Assembly (NCBI GenBank): GCA_046539225.1
Contig: JBKHHG010000013.1
Location: 1 to 20,300, forward strand
From: Candidatus Nanohaloarchaea archaeon
GTDB taxonomy: Archaea > Nanohalarchaeota > Nanosalinia > Nanosalinales > Nanosalinaceae
DNA: 20,300 nt
Direction: 5' to 3'
Shown here: in pieces, positions 1 through 8,286 of the stretch
How positions within the stretch are numbered: position 1 is the first letter of the stretch
Layout: the number at the start of each line of letters is the position of its first letter
Notes under the pieces: generated by a model
What the model was told of the DNA's origin: nothing
The model's input: only the letters and a program-made list of their open reading frames with translations
Databases searched by the model: none
Position numbers and translations under genes: made by a program

Positions 1-363
1 AGAGGAGAAGGCCTGGAAAAAGAAGCTGAAGAAGTCAGGGAAAAATTTGAGGAGTTCATGGCCGATGATCTTAACACTGCGAAGGCGAAACAGGCCTTGC
101 TCAGGTTTGCGGGAGAGGTCAACTCGAGAGGCGAGGCCTCAGAGGAAGTTGGAGAGACGCTGAGAAGGCTTTCAAATGTTCTCGGTGTCGATGTCAGGTC
201 TTCGGCGACTGAGCGAGAGGCCTCGATGGCCGACCTTCTGCTTGACCTGCGGGATGAGGCCCGTGAACGAGAGGATTACAAGGCCTCGGATTATATCAGG
301 GATAGGCTTGAAAGTCTTGGTTTCGATGTGGAAGATACGGGGGAAGGATCGGAATGGTTTTAG
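1..363 (+). CDS. cysS: Cysteine--tRNA ligase, C-terminal part (5' end outside window)
   Basis: Frame is open from base 1 (RGEGLEKEAEEVREKFEEFMADDLNTAKA...). F..M.DDLNT..A matches the CysRS DALR-like region and R.EAR...DY..SD.IRD.L...G..VED...G..W matches the anticodon-binding domain. Confidence 0.9.
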   Translation, partial: RGEGLEKEAEEVREKFEEFMADDLNTAKAKQALLRFAGEVNSRGEASEEVGETLRRLSNVLGVDVRSSATEREASMADLLLDLRDEAREREDYKASDYIRDRLESLGFDVEDTGEGSEWF

Positions 364-402
364 AAGATAGAGAAGAAAAGGAAGTCAGGCCTTGAAGAAG
401 GT

Positions 403-540
403 TTACTGGTCTTCAAGTTCTTTCTTTTTCTGTTGTTTTCTGTCGGGTTGTTCCTCGAAGATTTCCTCTGCTCTTTCATCGGTTATGCCAAGCATTTCTT
501 TTGCCTTCTGTTTCTGATCATCTGCCTTGTTTCTTGCCAT
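403..540 (-). CDS. Small charged hypothetical protein, 45 aa (below ORF-track cutoff)
   Basis: ATG at 540 to TAA at 403 gives MARNKADDQKQKAKEMLGITDERAEEIFEEQPDRKQQKKKELEDQ. TATA-like TTTTTTAAC at 570-562 lies about 25-30 nt upstream, as for other genes here. It fills the gap between cysS and the DHH gene. Confidence 0.65.
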   Translation of the reverse strand: MARNKADDQKQKAKEMLGITDERAEEIFEEQPDRKQQKKKELEDQ

Positions 541-572
541 AACCCGGGTTTGTAGGCCTATGTTAAAAAAGC

Positions 573-1664
573 CTATACTTTTTCCAGAAGGTTCTGCTTG
601 AACTCTTCGTAGTACTCTTCAGGCATGGAGGCGCCGGCGGCTTTTCTGTGGCCTCCGGCCTCGGCTCCTTCCTCAACGGCTTTTTCAGGCAGGGAGGCCT
701 CCATGACTTCTCCAAGGTCGACGCGGCCGCTCTGGCACCTGGCCGAGATATTTACTTCTTCATCCTTCTGCACCACGAGATGTATCCATTCAGGGGTCTT
801 GGTTGACATGTTGGTGGAGATCGAGGAGGTAATGTTGAACTCTGAGTCGATCTCGAAGAAGATCACCATCTTCTCCCTGTTGATCTCTCTTTCCTCCTCG
901 TAGTTCTCCACCGCATCATTGAACTCGTCCTGCATCTCGATGTAGACCTCGTATACCTGGCGGTACTCTTCCTGGGCCTCCAGCTCCATCAAATCCTCTG
1001 ACTTCATCAAGGCCTGGTAAGCCAGTTTCGCGAAATGCGTGGAATCCCTGTAAGGCTTTATGTTCAGGACTGAAGCGTATCTGCCGTACTCACAGTTTTT
1101 CGCCAGTTCATGCTGTGAAAGCTCCTCCGGCAGGTATTTTTCATAGTCTTCCTCAAGTTTTTCGAAGAGGCCCGGGCATGAGTCGACGCCGAAGTCCTGG
1201 ATGACTCCCATTCCAGCTATCCATCTTACACCATCCTCGAGTCCAAACTCTGAGGCGATATCGAGGCAGATCTTGCTGCACGGTACGTAGACATCAGCTT
1301 TGAACTCTCGCGGGTTCACAAAGTCGACTTCTGGAACCCTGTCGAAATCGTGGTGGTCAACGACGAGAACATCGATGAACTCGTTCAGTTCTTCAAGCTC
1401 TTCTGCCTTCAAATTAAAGTCCAGGACTATCAGTTTATCGAAGTCATGGAGGCCCTCCTTCTCCTCTTCCGAGAGATGGTAAGCCCTCTCTAAAGGAATG
1501 GAAACATCATCCCCCTCTTCGCCGCGTTCCTGCCTCAAGATCTTCGAGATTATGGCCGCGGAGGCAACACCGTCCATATCCCAGTGATGAAGGATCTTAA
1601 CCCTTTCATCTTCATCAATATCTTTCAAAAACTTTGTCGCCGGCTTTAAATTCTTTTTCTCCAT
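573..1664 (-). CDS. DHH/DHHA1 family phosphoesterase (archaeal RecJ-like)
   Basis: Motifs HHWDMDG, IVLDF, VVDHH, GVIQDFG, ISAR and AGGHRKAAG. Start moved to ATG 1664 (MEKKNLK), which has SD-like GAGGTG at 1676-1671 and avoids overlap with ileS. Confidence 0.85.
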   Translation of the reverse strand: MEKKNLKPATKFLKDIDEDERVKILHHWDMDGVASAAIISKILRQERGEEGDDVSIPLERAYHLSEEEKEGLHDFDKLIVLDFNLKAEELEELNEFIDVLVVDHHDFDRVPEVDFVNPREFKADVYVPCSKICLDIASEFGLEDGVRWIAGMGVIQDFGVDSCPGLFEKLEEDYEKYLPEELSQHELAKNCEYGRYASVLNIKPYRDSTHFAKLAYQALMKSEDLMELEAQEEYRQVYEVYIEMQDEFNDAVENYEEEREINREKMVIFFEIDSEFNITSSISTNMSTKTPEWIHLVVQKDEEVNISARCQSGRVDLGEVMEASLPEKAVEEGAEAGGHRKAAGASMPEEYYEEFKQNLLEKV

Positions 1665-1674
1665 TGGAGACACC

Positions 1675-4600
1675 TCAGTTAGGCCTCTCAAAGGAGAAAC
1701 GAAGTTTTCTATCCCTGAACCCGACTTCGCCAGAGTGTTCAAAGTCTTCAGACCCGTAACCTATGCTGGAGACGTTCATCCTGTTCCTCAACTGTTCCTC
1801 TCTCGATTTTACCGGTTGGAAGTCTCCTTCAAACATTATATCGACTTCATCCTCTACTTCAAGGCCTGCGTCTTTTCTCTTCTGCTGTACCGCACGAATT
1901 ACTTCTGCGACAAAGGCCTCTTCCTCGAGCTCGGGCGTCATCTCATCATCGAGGTAGACTGTTCCCTCGGAGAACTCTTCTCCCTCCATTCCTTCTGGTA
2001 CATGAGCTCTGACCTCGAACATTTCAGCCCCAAGTTTTTCTCCGGCGAGTTCGACTTCAAGGCCTTCTTCTATCTTTTCAGCTATTTTTCCGTGGTCTTC
2101 CCGGGCCAAGGCCTGTTCTACCTCTCCTACTTTGTCGCCGAGTTCTGGACCTGCGTTGGCGTAGTCAAGCTTGACCTCGTAGTCGAGTTCAACTTTTTCG
2201 AATTCAACCTGTTTGGCGTTTAAACGGTCTTTCAGAAGGCCTTCCAGGTTTTTAACTGCTTCCTCTACTTCTTCCGATCCGCTGACCGTCACCTTCTTGA
2301 CTGGATGCCGGAGCTTTACCCCGTTCTCCTGTCTCAGCCTGGCGACAGCCTCCTCAATATCCTGAAATACCTCCATGCTTCTCTCAAGGCCTGGATCCAT
2401 CATTTCTTTCTCCGGCTCTGGATAGGCCTCGAAATGGATTGAATTCTTTTCTCCCTCGTAGAGATGCTCTGTAAGGAATGGTATAAAGGGTGAAAGCAGT
2501 TTCAGTAGTTCAGAGGATACGTACCTCAGCGTCCATTCCGCTGCTTTCCTGTCCTCTCCGTTGTAGCCTGGTTTCAGTCTGTCGCGGATCATTTTGATGT
2601 ATCCACGGGATAGATCATTCTTGGTAAAGTCCTCGATCAGTTGAGCAGCTTTGAACCCTTCAAAGTTTGGCTCGGTCGAGTGTTCACGGGATTTCTCTAC
2701 TACAGTATTCAGACGGGATAGAATCCATTCATCCTCTATTTCAAGGTTTTCAGGCCTTTCTCTCTGCTCGGTGTAGGTGTCTCTGTAGTTGTACGTGTTC
2801 CAGAGGATGTTCATGAACTCCATGTTTTCATCCATTCCTTCCCAGGTAAAGTTGAGGTCGTCGCTTGGATCATTAGAGAGCAGGAAAAACCTGAGCACGT
2901 CTCTACCGTATTTCTCGATGGCTTCCTCCGGAGACACGACTATTCCACGGGATTTCGACATCTCTTCTCCGTCGAGCATGACTTTTCCGTGGTAGATCAC
3001 GTTGTCGAAAGGCCTCTGCTCAAATGTCATATGCGATGTGATGAACTGGCTGTTCCACCATCCACGGATCTGGTCAAAACCTTCTATCTCAAGATCTACC
3101 GGGTTGTGATCCTCAAAGCTGAAATCTATCTCTTCATTCTTCAGTGAGGCCCATGGTGCAACGCCTGAGTCAAACCATACGTCAAGCACATCCGGAATTC
3201 TCTCCATTTCTCCGCCGCAGTCGCACTCCAGTGTTACCTCATCGATGAAAGGCCTGTGAAGGTCGTCAGGAACTTCCGGAAGCTCGGATCTATCTCCTAT
3301 AACTCTTGTACTGTCGCATTCCCTGCACTCCCAGATTGGTAATGGGATTCCCCAGTAACGCTGCCTGGAGACAGGCCAGTCGCCGAGCTGCTCCAGCCAT
3401 TCATCGAACTTCTGGCCTGACCAGTCAGGAACCCAGTTGATCTCCTCGTTGCTTTCCAGCAGTTTGTCACGGAACTTTGTCGCGCCGAAGAACCACTGAG
3501 GGATAGAAAGCTGCAGGAGGGGGGTGTCGCATCTCCAGCATTTCGGGTACTCGTGCGAAATCTCTCCAGAGTATAGAAGGTCTCCGCCGAGATCATCCAT
3601 GATCTCGCTGTCAGCATCTTTAACGTAGAGGCCTTCATACTTTCCAGCCTGGTCTGTAAACCTTCCTTCAAGATCCACGGGAGAGATCATTTCAAGGCCT
3701 TCATCCTGGCCTACCTCGTAATCCTCTTTTCCGTGGCCCGGCGCGGAGTGGACAAGGCCTGTACCACCCTCAAGATCCACGTATCTCTCGGTTAATACGA
3801 CTCTTCCCTGCACATCTTCCTGGACCGGAACTTCGTCCTCCAGCGGATGGCTGTACTCAAGGCCTTCAAACTTTGAACCCGATCTTTCTTCAGTTATCTC
3901 ATAGTCTTCCTCGTCGAATCCAAACTTCTCCATGATCTGATCCACGAGCTCGGAAGCCATCCAGATCTTCCGGTCGTTGAACTCCACCAGCGAGTATTTG
4001 AACTCGGGATGCATCATCACGGAGGTGTTTGCAGGCAATGTCCATGGAGTAGTTGTCCAGATCAAGAGTTCCTCCTCGGAGTCCTGTAGCTGCATCGCGA
4101 CGTAGACCTCTGGATCCTCGAGATCCGTATACTCGATCTCGTTGTAAGCTACAGCGGTCTCGCAACGGGTGCAGATATGCACAGGGTACTGATCCTCGTA
4201 TAGAAAGCCTTTGTCGTAGGCCTCCTTGAATGTCTGCCACGCACCCTCGATATAGTAGTCATGGTAAGTTACATACGGATTCTCGAAGTCCATCCAGACC
4301 CCCATATCCTCGAAATCCTTGTTCATCTGATCGATATGTCCATCGACAAAGGCCTGGCACTCATCGATAAAGTTCTCTACTCCAAACTCTTCAATCTCTT
4401 TCTTGGAGTTGAAGCCTTTCTCCTCCTCGACCTTGTTTTCTATCGGAAGGCCGTGTGTATCGTAACCCGGCTGGGCGTGGACGTTGTAGCCAAGCTTCCT
4501 GTGCAGCCGGATGTAGAAGTCTTTCAGTGTTTTGTTCAGGCCTGTCCCCATGTGAATGTTTCCTGAGGCATATGGAGGCCCGTCAAGAAAGTAGAATCTT

Positions 4601-4701
4601 TCGCTGTCCTTGTTAAGTTCTAAAGCCTTTTTTCGTGTATAATTATTTTTCCACTGCTGTTTAACCTGTTTTTCGACTCTGTTAGGATTGTACTCTGTCA
4701 T
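1675..4701 (-). CDS. ileS: Isoleucine--tRNA ligase (archaeal/type 2)
   Basis: GPPYASGNIHMGT (HIGH region), WTTTPWTLPAN and GTGLVHSAPGHG (CP1 editing domain), SRQRYWGIPLP, DVWFDSG, DQIRGW, EMSKS; 1008 aa. Confidence 0.97.
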   Translation of the reverse strand: MTEYNPNRVEKQVKQQWKNNYTRKKALELNKDSERFYFLDGPPYASGNIHMGTGLNKTLKDFYIRLHRKLGYNVHAQPGYDTHGLPIENKVEEEKGFNSKKEIEEFGVENFIDECQAFVDGHIDQMNKDFEDMGVWMDFENPYVTYHDYYIEGAWQTFKEAYDKGFLYEDQYPVHICTRCETAVAYNEIEYTDLEDPEVYVAMQLQDSEEELLIWTTTPWTLPANTSVMMHPEFKYSLVEFNDRKIWMASELVDQIMEKFGFDEEDYEITEERSGSKFEGLEYSHPLEDEVPVQEDVQGRVVLTERYVDLEGGTGLVHSAPGHGKEDYEVGQDEGLEMISPVDLEGRFTDQAGKYEGLYVKDADSEIMDDLGGDLLYSGEISHEYPKCWRCDTPLLQLSIPQWFFGATKFRDKLLESNEEINWVPDWSGQKFDEWLEQLGDWPVSRQRYWGIPLPIWECRECDSTRVIGDRSELPEVPDDLHRPFIDEVTLECDCGGEMERIPDVLDVWFDSGVAPWASLKNEEIDFSFEDHNPVDLEIEGFDQIRGWWNSQFITSHMTFEQRPFDNVIYHGKVMLDGEEMSKSRGIVVSPEEAIEKYGRDVLRFFLLSNDPSDDLNFTWEGMDENMEFMNILWNTYNYRDTYTEQRERPENLEIEDEWILSRLNTVVEKSREHSTEPNFEGFKAAQLIEDFTKNDLSRGYIKMIRDRLKPGYNGEDRKAAEWTLRYVSSELLKLLSPFIPFLTEHLYEGEKNSIHFEAYPEPEKEMMDPGLERSMEVFQDIEEAVARLRQENGVKLRHPVKKVTVSGSEEVEEAVKNLEGLLKDRLNAKQVEFEKVELDYEVKLDYANAGPELGDKVGEVEQALAREDHGKIAEKIEEGLEVELAGEKLGAEMFEVRAHVPEGMEGEEFSEGTVYLDDEMTPELEEEAFVAEVIRAVQQKRKDAGLEVEDEVDIMFEGDFQPVKSREEQLRNRMNVSSIGYGSEDFEHSGEVGFRDRKLRFSFERPN

Positions 4702-4734
4702 GTATAAATCGGTGAAGCAGAAAGTTAAAAGAGT

Positions 4735-5088
4735 TCACCACATGTTTCTCGCCTTTCTGTAACCGAGTGCGCCTATACCGCCCAGGACAAGGCCTCCGAG
4801 ACCGTACTTTGCAGCGGACGAAATATTTTCAAGAGACTCTTCCGAGTACTCCGGCAGCTCGAGTTCAATATCTTCAAGGCCTGACTCCTCTTCGTCGAGA
4901 TACGTGTTTACCGCGTCGAGGCCTGTCTCCGCTGTCTCCATGATGTCGGATGCTTCCTCTGTCCCGATCTTGCTTGCGCCGTAGATCAGGGATGCGCCTC
5001 CAAGAATGGCGAACGGCGTTGACAGGGTTCCAAGGCCTAAAGCCCCTGTTTTCGAGGCCGCGGACCTTCCATAGTTTAAAACAGACAT
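4735..5088 (-). CDS. Hypothetical membrane protein (two Gly-rich hydrophobic segments around an acidic loop)
   Basis: 117-aa ORF filling the gap, with hydrophobic stretches at both ends and a basic C-terminus (YRKARNMW). Confidence 0.7.
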   Translation of the reverse strand: MSVLNYGRSAASKTGALGLGTLSTPFAILGGASLIYGASKIGTEEASDIMETAETGLDAVNTYLDEEESGLEDIELELPEYSEESLENISSAAKYGLGGLVLGGIGALGYRKARNMW

Positions 5089-5120
5089 ATTTGTTACTTG
5101 TTAGTCAATATTTATATGTT

Positions 5121-5720
5121 TTACTGCCAGTGCACTGACTCTCCTCTTTTCGTCAGGTCGACTTCCTCAACATCTTCCGCTTCATCTTCTTTCTCTTCTT
5201 CAGGCTGTGAAACGTTTTCTTCAGGCCTCTCATCTCTGTGAAGCTGTGAATCCGGATGCGGCTCTTTCTTCTCCTTCCTGAACTCGAAGCTCACCGAGTC
5301 AAGACTGCTCAACGTATCTTTGAAGTACTCCTCCGTCTGCAGATCCTCTCGCTGCGGGAAGATCGCCCCTATCGGTGTACCGGCGTTCTCCTCTTCCCGG
5401 AAACGCGGAAAGACCTGTATGTAGGCGTGCGGCAGCATCTGGCCCGCGGCCTCCTCCACATTCATCGCTATAGATAGACCGTCGGCGTCAAGGCCTTCAA
5501 TCTCTTTCTCCATTACCTCCCGCAGAAGCTTCATCGCCTCCATGTACTCATCGGGAGAGAAATCCATGACCGACTCTGTATGTTCTTTGGGTACGATGTT
5601 GGCGTGGCCTTTCGCCCTCGGCTGCGGGTACTCCAGCCAGGCATAAAAGTTGTCGGTCTCGCCTATAATATTCAGCTGTTCCGGGTTCTCCATGAGCTGG
5701 CAGAAAGGACAGTCTGTCAT
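5121..5720 (-). CDS. HIT-fold protein with degenerate histidine triad and acidic C-terminal tail
   Basis: DCPFC, KGHANIVPKEH and AGQMLPHAYIQVFPRF follow the HIT layout, but HxHxH reads HAYIQ. Confidence 0.85.
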   Translation of the reverse strand: MTDCPFCQLMENPEQLNIIGETDNFYAWLEYPQPRAKGHANIVPKEHTESVMDFSPDEYMEAMKLLREVMEKEIEGLDADGLSIAMNVEEAAGQMLPHAYIQVFPRFREEENAGTPIGAIFPQREDLQTEEYFKDTLSSLDSVSFEFRKEKKEPHPDSQLHRDERPEENVSQPEEEKEDEAEDVEEVDLTKRGESVHWQ

Positions 5721-5757
5721 AAAGAAAAGTTAGAGATATGGAAAGTTAAATTTACCC

Positions 5758-6039
5758 CTACATAGGAGGCATTTCATCGTCCGGCATACCTGGTTCAGGC
5801 CTCGGCTCCTCAACGAAATCATCTCCAGACCCCTGGACCTCATCCATCAAATCCCTGACCTCGTTAATCAGTTTCTTCAGGCTGGACTCAGAATCAGGCT
5901 CCTGCAGCTCCTGCTCAAGCCTTGCAATACTTGACTCCAGTTCCCTCGCAGACTTCCCAGAACTTCCAAAGGTTTCCAGAGTCATCTCAGCCGAGTCAAG
6001 AACGGCTTCAGCCTCCTCTTTACGTTCTTTTAACCCCAT
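5758..6039 (-). CDS. Acidic helical/coiled-coil hypothetical protein
   Basis: Start moved to ATG 6039, which has TTTATATA about 23-30 nt upstream and GGTGA just upstream. Heptad-like LESSIARLEQEL. Confidence 0.65.
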   Translation of the reverse strand: MGLKERKEEAEAVLDSAEMTLETFGSSGKSARELESSIARLEQELQEPDSESSLKKLINEVRDLMDEVQGSGDDFVEEPRPEPGMPDDEMPPM

Positions 6040-6088
6040 ACCCATCACCGAGGACACATCATATATAAACCTTTCCACAGATCAAAAC

Positions 6089-7207
6089 TTAAATCTCTTC
6101 TTCCTTAGAAGACTCGAAGGCCTGCTCTACAAGCCTTTCAAGGCCTATATACTTCTCAAGTTCCTCAAGCCTCTCAGGATCCATTGAAGTAGCGGGAGAA
6201 TCCGGAACCATTTTCTTACAGGCAGAGTCGATCTTCGAATGCTCAAAGGTGCCAATTCTACAGGCCTGCTCCTGGATATCAACCTTGTTTTCATTGAGCA
6301 AAGGCCTGAAAACCGGGAGATCCCGAGAAGAAGCAAAAAGATTCCGCGGAGTCTGGGACGACTTCTGATTGAAGGACTCGCCCGTCACAGTACCGTCAAG
6401 GCCTCTCTCCTCTCTAACCCGTTCAGCAACTTTAAACATCGCCCTCCTGTGCAGAACCATTCTACCCTTTTCAACACTGGAAAGAGCTTTGTTAACCTCT
6501 TCCATATCGACCAGAATATAACTCCAGTCCTTTCCTGGATGAAAACGCTTCAACTCTCTGACCACGGCCTCAAAACGCGCCAAGTGATCCTCAGCAGCGT
6601 AAGGCCTGTCATAAAAATAGATAGGCGTGACATCAAGGCCTCTCTTCAGGGCTTCAAAAGCAGCTACAGGCGAATCGATACCTCCGGAAATCATTGAAAG
6701 AACTTTGCCCTCTACACCGGCTGGAAGGCCTCCAGGACCTTCAAAACTGTCCTCGCTTGTAAAAACATGTGCATGATCTTCTGTAACCTCTGCCTTCAGC
6801 CATATACCAGGATCTTCGAGATCTACTTCTTCACCGGTCTCCTGCTGTACAAAAGAACCGATTTCTTCTTCCCAGTCCTGGCTTGAATCTTCAAGGCCTC
6901 TCAAGTTAATTCTGACTCCGAAAGAAGTATTGAAATCGAGGGGAAAAGCCTTTTTGACTTCTTCTATTTCAGGCCCTGTTTTTTCAGCGATTGAGCAGCT
7001 TTTGACGCCCGGCAGTTCCGCTACAACTCTGGAGTCGCGGACAGTATCCTCTACAGTTATCCTGCCGGGCTTTACAGCTACTTTGCCGTAATAAAGGCCT
7101 TCAAACTCAAGCTTGTCCTGCACGCGCTGCCTCAGGGTCTGGACAAATCTCTTCCTGACGTTGCCCTGTTTCTTGTGTATCTCACTGTACCTGACGACTA
7201 AATCCAT
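6089..7207 (-). CDS. thiI: tRNA 4-thiouridine synthase ThiI (THUMP + PP-loop, no rhodanese domain)
   Basis: VRYSEI..K..N.R N-terminus, THUMP-like region with VDLEDP, GPGGLPAG, SGGIDSPVA PP-loop, TGESFNQKSSQT, RPLL. Confidence 0.92.
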   Translation of the reverse strand: MDLVVRYSEIHKKQGNVRKRFVQTLRQRVQDKLEFEGLYYGKVAVKPGRITVEDTVRDSRVVAELPGVKSCSIAEKTGPEIEEVKKAFPLDFNTSFGVRINLRGLEDSSQDWEEEIGSFVQQETGEEVDLEDPGIWLKAEVTEDHAHVFTSEDSFEGPGGLPAGVEGKVLSMISGGIDSPVAAFEALKRGLDVTPIYFYDRPYAAEDHLARFEAVVRELKRFHPGKDWSYILVDMEEVNKALSSVEKGRMVLHRRAMFKVAERVREERGLDGTVTGESFNQKSSQTPRNLFASSRDLPVFRPLLNENKVDIQEQACRIGTFEHSKIDSACKKMVPDSPATSMDPERLEELEKYIGLERLVEQAFESSKEEEI

Positions 7208-7566
7208 TACTCCTGGATCTCAGCGAACGCGAACTTGTTGCCGACAGAAGTAACTTCCACCTCATAGGTCTCTCCGACCTCTGCACCGGGTACAAAGACT
7301 ACAAATCCTTCTACACGTGCGATTCCGTCTCCCTTGCTTCCAAGATCGTCGATCTCGACTTCGACAACATCTCCTTCACTGACCGGTTTATCGAAATCAT
7401 CTGAGGAATCTCCGCCGGACTCTTCCGCTGTATCTTCGGGTTCGGAGGCCTCTTCTTCTACTTCTTCGGCCTCATCGACTTCAGCGGTTTCTTCCATCTC
7501 CTGTTCTGGTTCTTCGGTTTCGTCTGCGTTGAACTCTTGACCTGCAAAATCATCTTCTTCTGTCAT
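7207..7566 (-). CDS. Single TRAM-domain RNA-binding protein with acidic N-terminal extension
   Basis: PVSEGDVVEVEIDDLGSKGDGIARVEGFVVFVPGAEVGETYEVEVTSVGNKFAFAE. Stop overlaps the thiI start (TAATG). SD-like GGTGA upstream. Confidence 0.92.
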   Translation of the reverse strand: MTEEDDFAGQEFNADETEEPEQEMEETAEVDEAEEVEEEASEPEDTAEESGGDSSDDFDKPVSEGDVVEVEIDDLGSKGDGIARVEGFVVFVPGAEVGETYEVEVTSVGNKFAFAEIQE

Positions 7567-7700
7567 ACGAAAATATTCACCTTAAAGTGTATAGAAACTA
7601 TAGTTCGGCAATCTTTAAAAAAGAGATTTTCTGGCAGGTCCAGACTTCAATAGTATTCTAAGAAATTTCTGCTCTAAGCACGAACATTGAGATTCGTGCG

Positions 7701-7733
7701 GTAACCAATCGCCAGCGACCGGATTAATGAACC
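7701..7733 (-). repeat. Direct-repeat copy of the tRNA-Ser 3' end plus trailer
   Basis: 7701-7725 is identical to 7801-7825 (25 bp, period 100). The match continues with TGAACC after a 2-nt insertion in the T-loop. Confidence 0.95.
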
Positions 7734-7809
7734 AAACTTCTGAAAGTTTGATCATCAGATTGCATGGTTCAGAGAACCATGCGTTGCGTATCGATCGAGC
7801 GTAACCAAT

Positions 7810-7899
7810 CGCCAGCGACCGGATTTGAACCGGTGAGGGGCGGGTATGCCCCAGCAGATCTCGAATCTGCCGCGTTCAACCAGACTCCGCCACGCTGGC
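7810..7899 (-). tRNA. tRNA-Ser(CGA), intronless, CCA not encoded
   Basis: Acceptor GCCAGCG/CGCTGGC with G discriminator, anticodon arm GCAGA-TTCGAGA-TCTGC, long variable arm GGGGC-ATACCC-GCCCC, T arm ACCGG-TTCAAAT-CCGGT. Confidence 0.95.
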
Positions 7900-7949
7900 A
7901 CAGCTTTTCAGACCTGTATAACTTTCAAGGCGAAAAGGCCTTTAAATAA

Positions 7950-8276
7950 ATCGGAGAAGTTAATCTTGAAAGCCTGGATAAGTCTTTAGGCCTTGTAACC
8001 AATGCTTCAAAGGACAGTACAGATTTTTTCCTCGAAGAGTTTGGTCTGGAAGAAACTTTTGACTGTGTTGTGGCGCCGCCCCGCAAAGTCAGGGAACGAG
8101 TGGAAAAGAGAAAGCCGCATCCTCACATGTTAAACAAAGCAGTTGAATGTCTTGGGTCAGATAACCCTGTTTTCTTGGGCGACTCCATGAAGGACAGGTT
8201 GGCGGCGGAGAACGCCGGGGTAGAGTTTGTGAAGGTTGATGGAAATATTGCAAGTTTATTAAAGAAGTTCAACTGA
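7950..8276 (+). pseudogene. 5'-truncated HAD hydrolase paralog
   Basis: Open frame from 7950, directly after TAA 7947-7949: ...LDKSLGLVTNASKDST..FGLEETFD...KRKPHPHML...GDSMKDRLAAENAG. It aligns by eye to the C-terminal half of 8287-8943 but has no motif I DxD and no ATG ahead of the homologous region. Confidence 0.75.
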
Positions 8277-8286
8277 ATCCTGATTT

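Noticed and set aside
2945..2965. EMSKS instead of KMSKS in IleRS
   Set aside because: The first position of this motif is variable and the catalytic second Lys is intact.
1735..4566. Antisense and alternate-frame ORFs inside ileS, and similar Ser/Phe/Leu-rich ORFs elsewhere in the track
   Set aside because: Shadow ORFs of acidic GAR/GAY-rich genes, fully overlapping well-supported CDSs.
7701..7825. CRISPR mini-array from the 25-bp repeat pair (likewise the 26-bp pair at 17314-17413)
   Set aside because: Only two copies each, the repeats are tRNA sequence, the spacers are self-complementary, and there are no cas genes.
7764..7949. 61-aa plus-strand ORF as the missing N-terminus of the HAD fragment
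   Set aside because: It is antisense to tRNA-Ser, has no DxD motif and ends in TAA.
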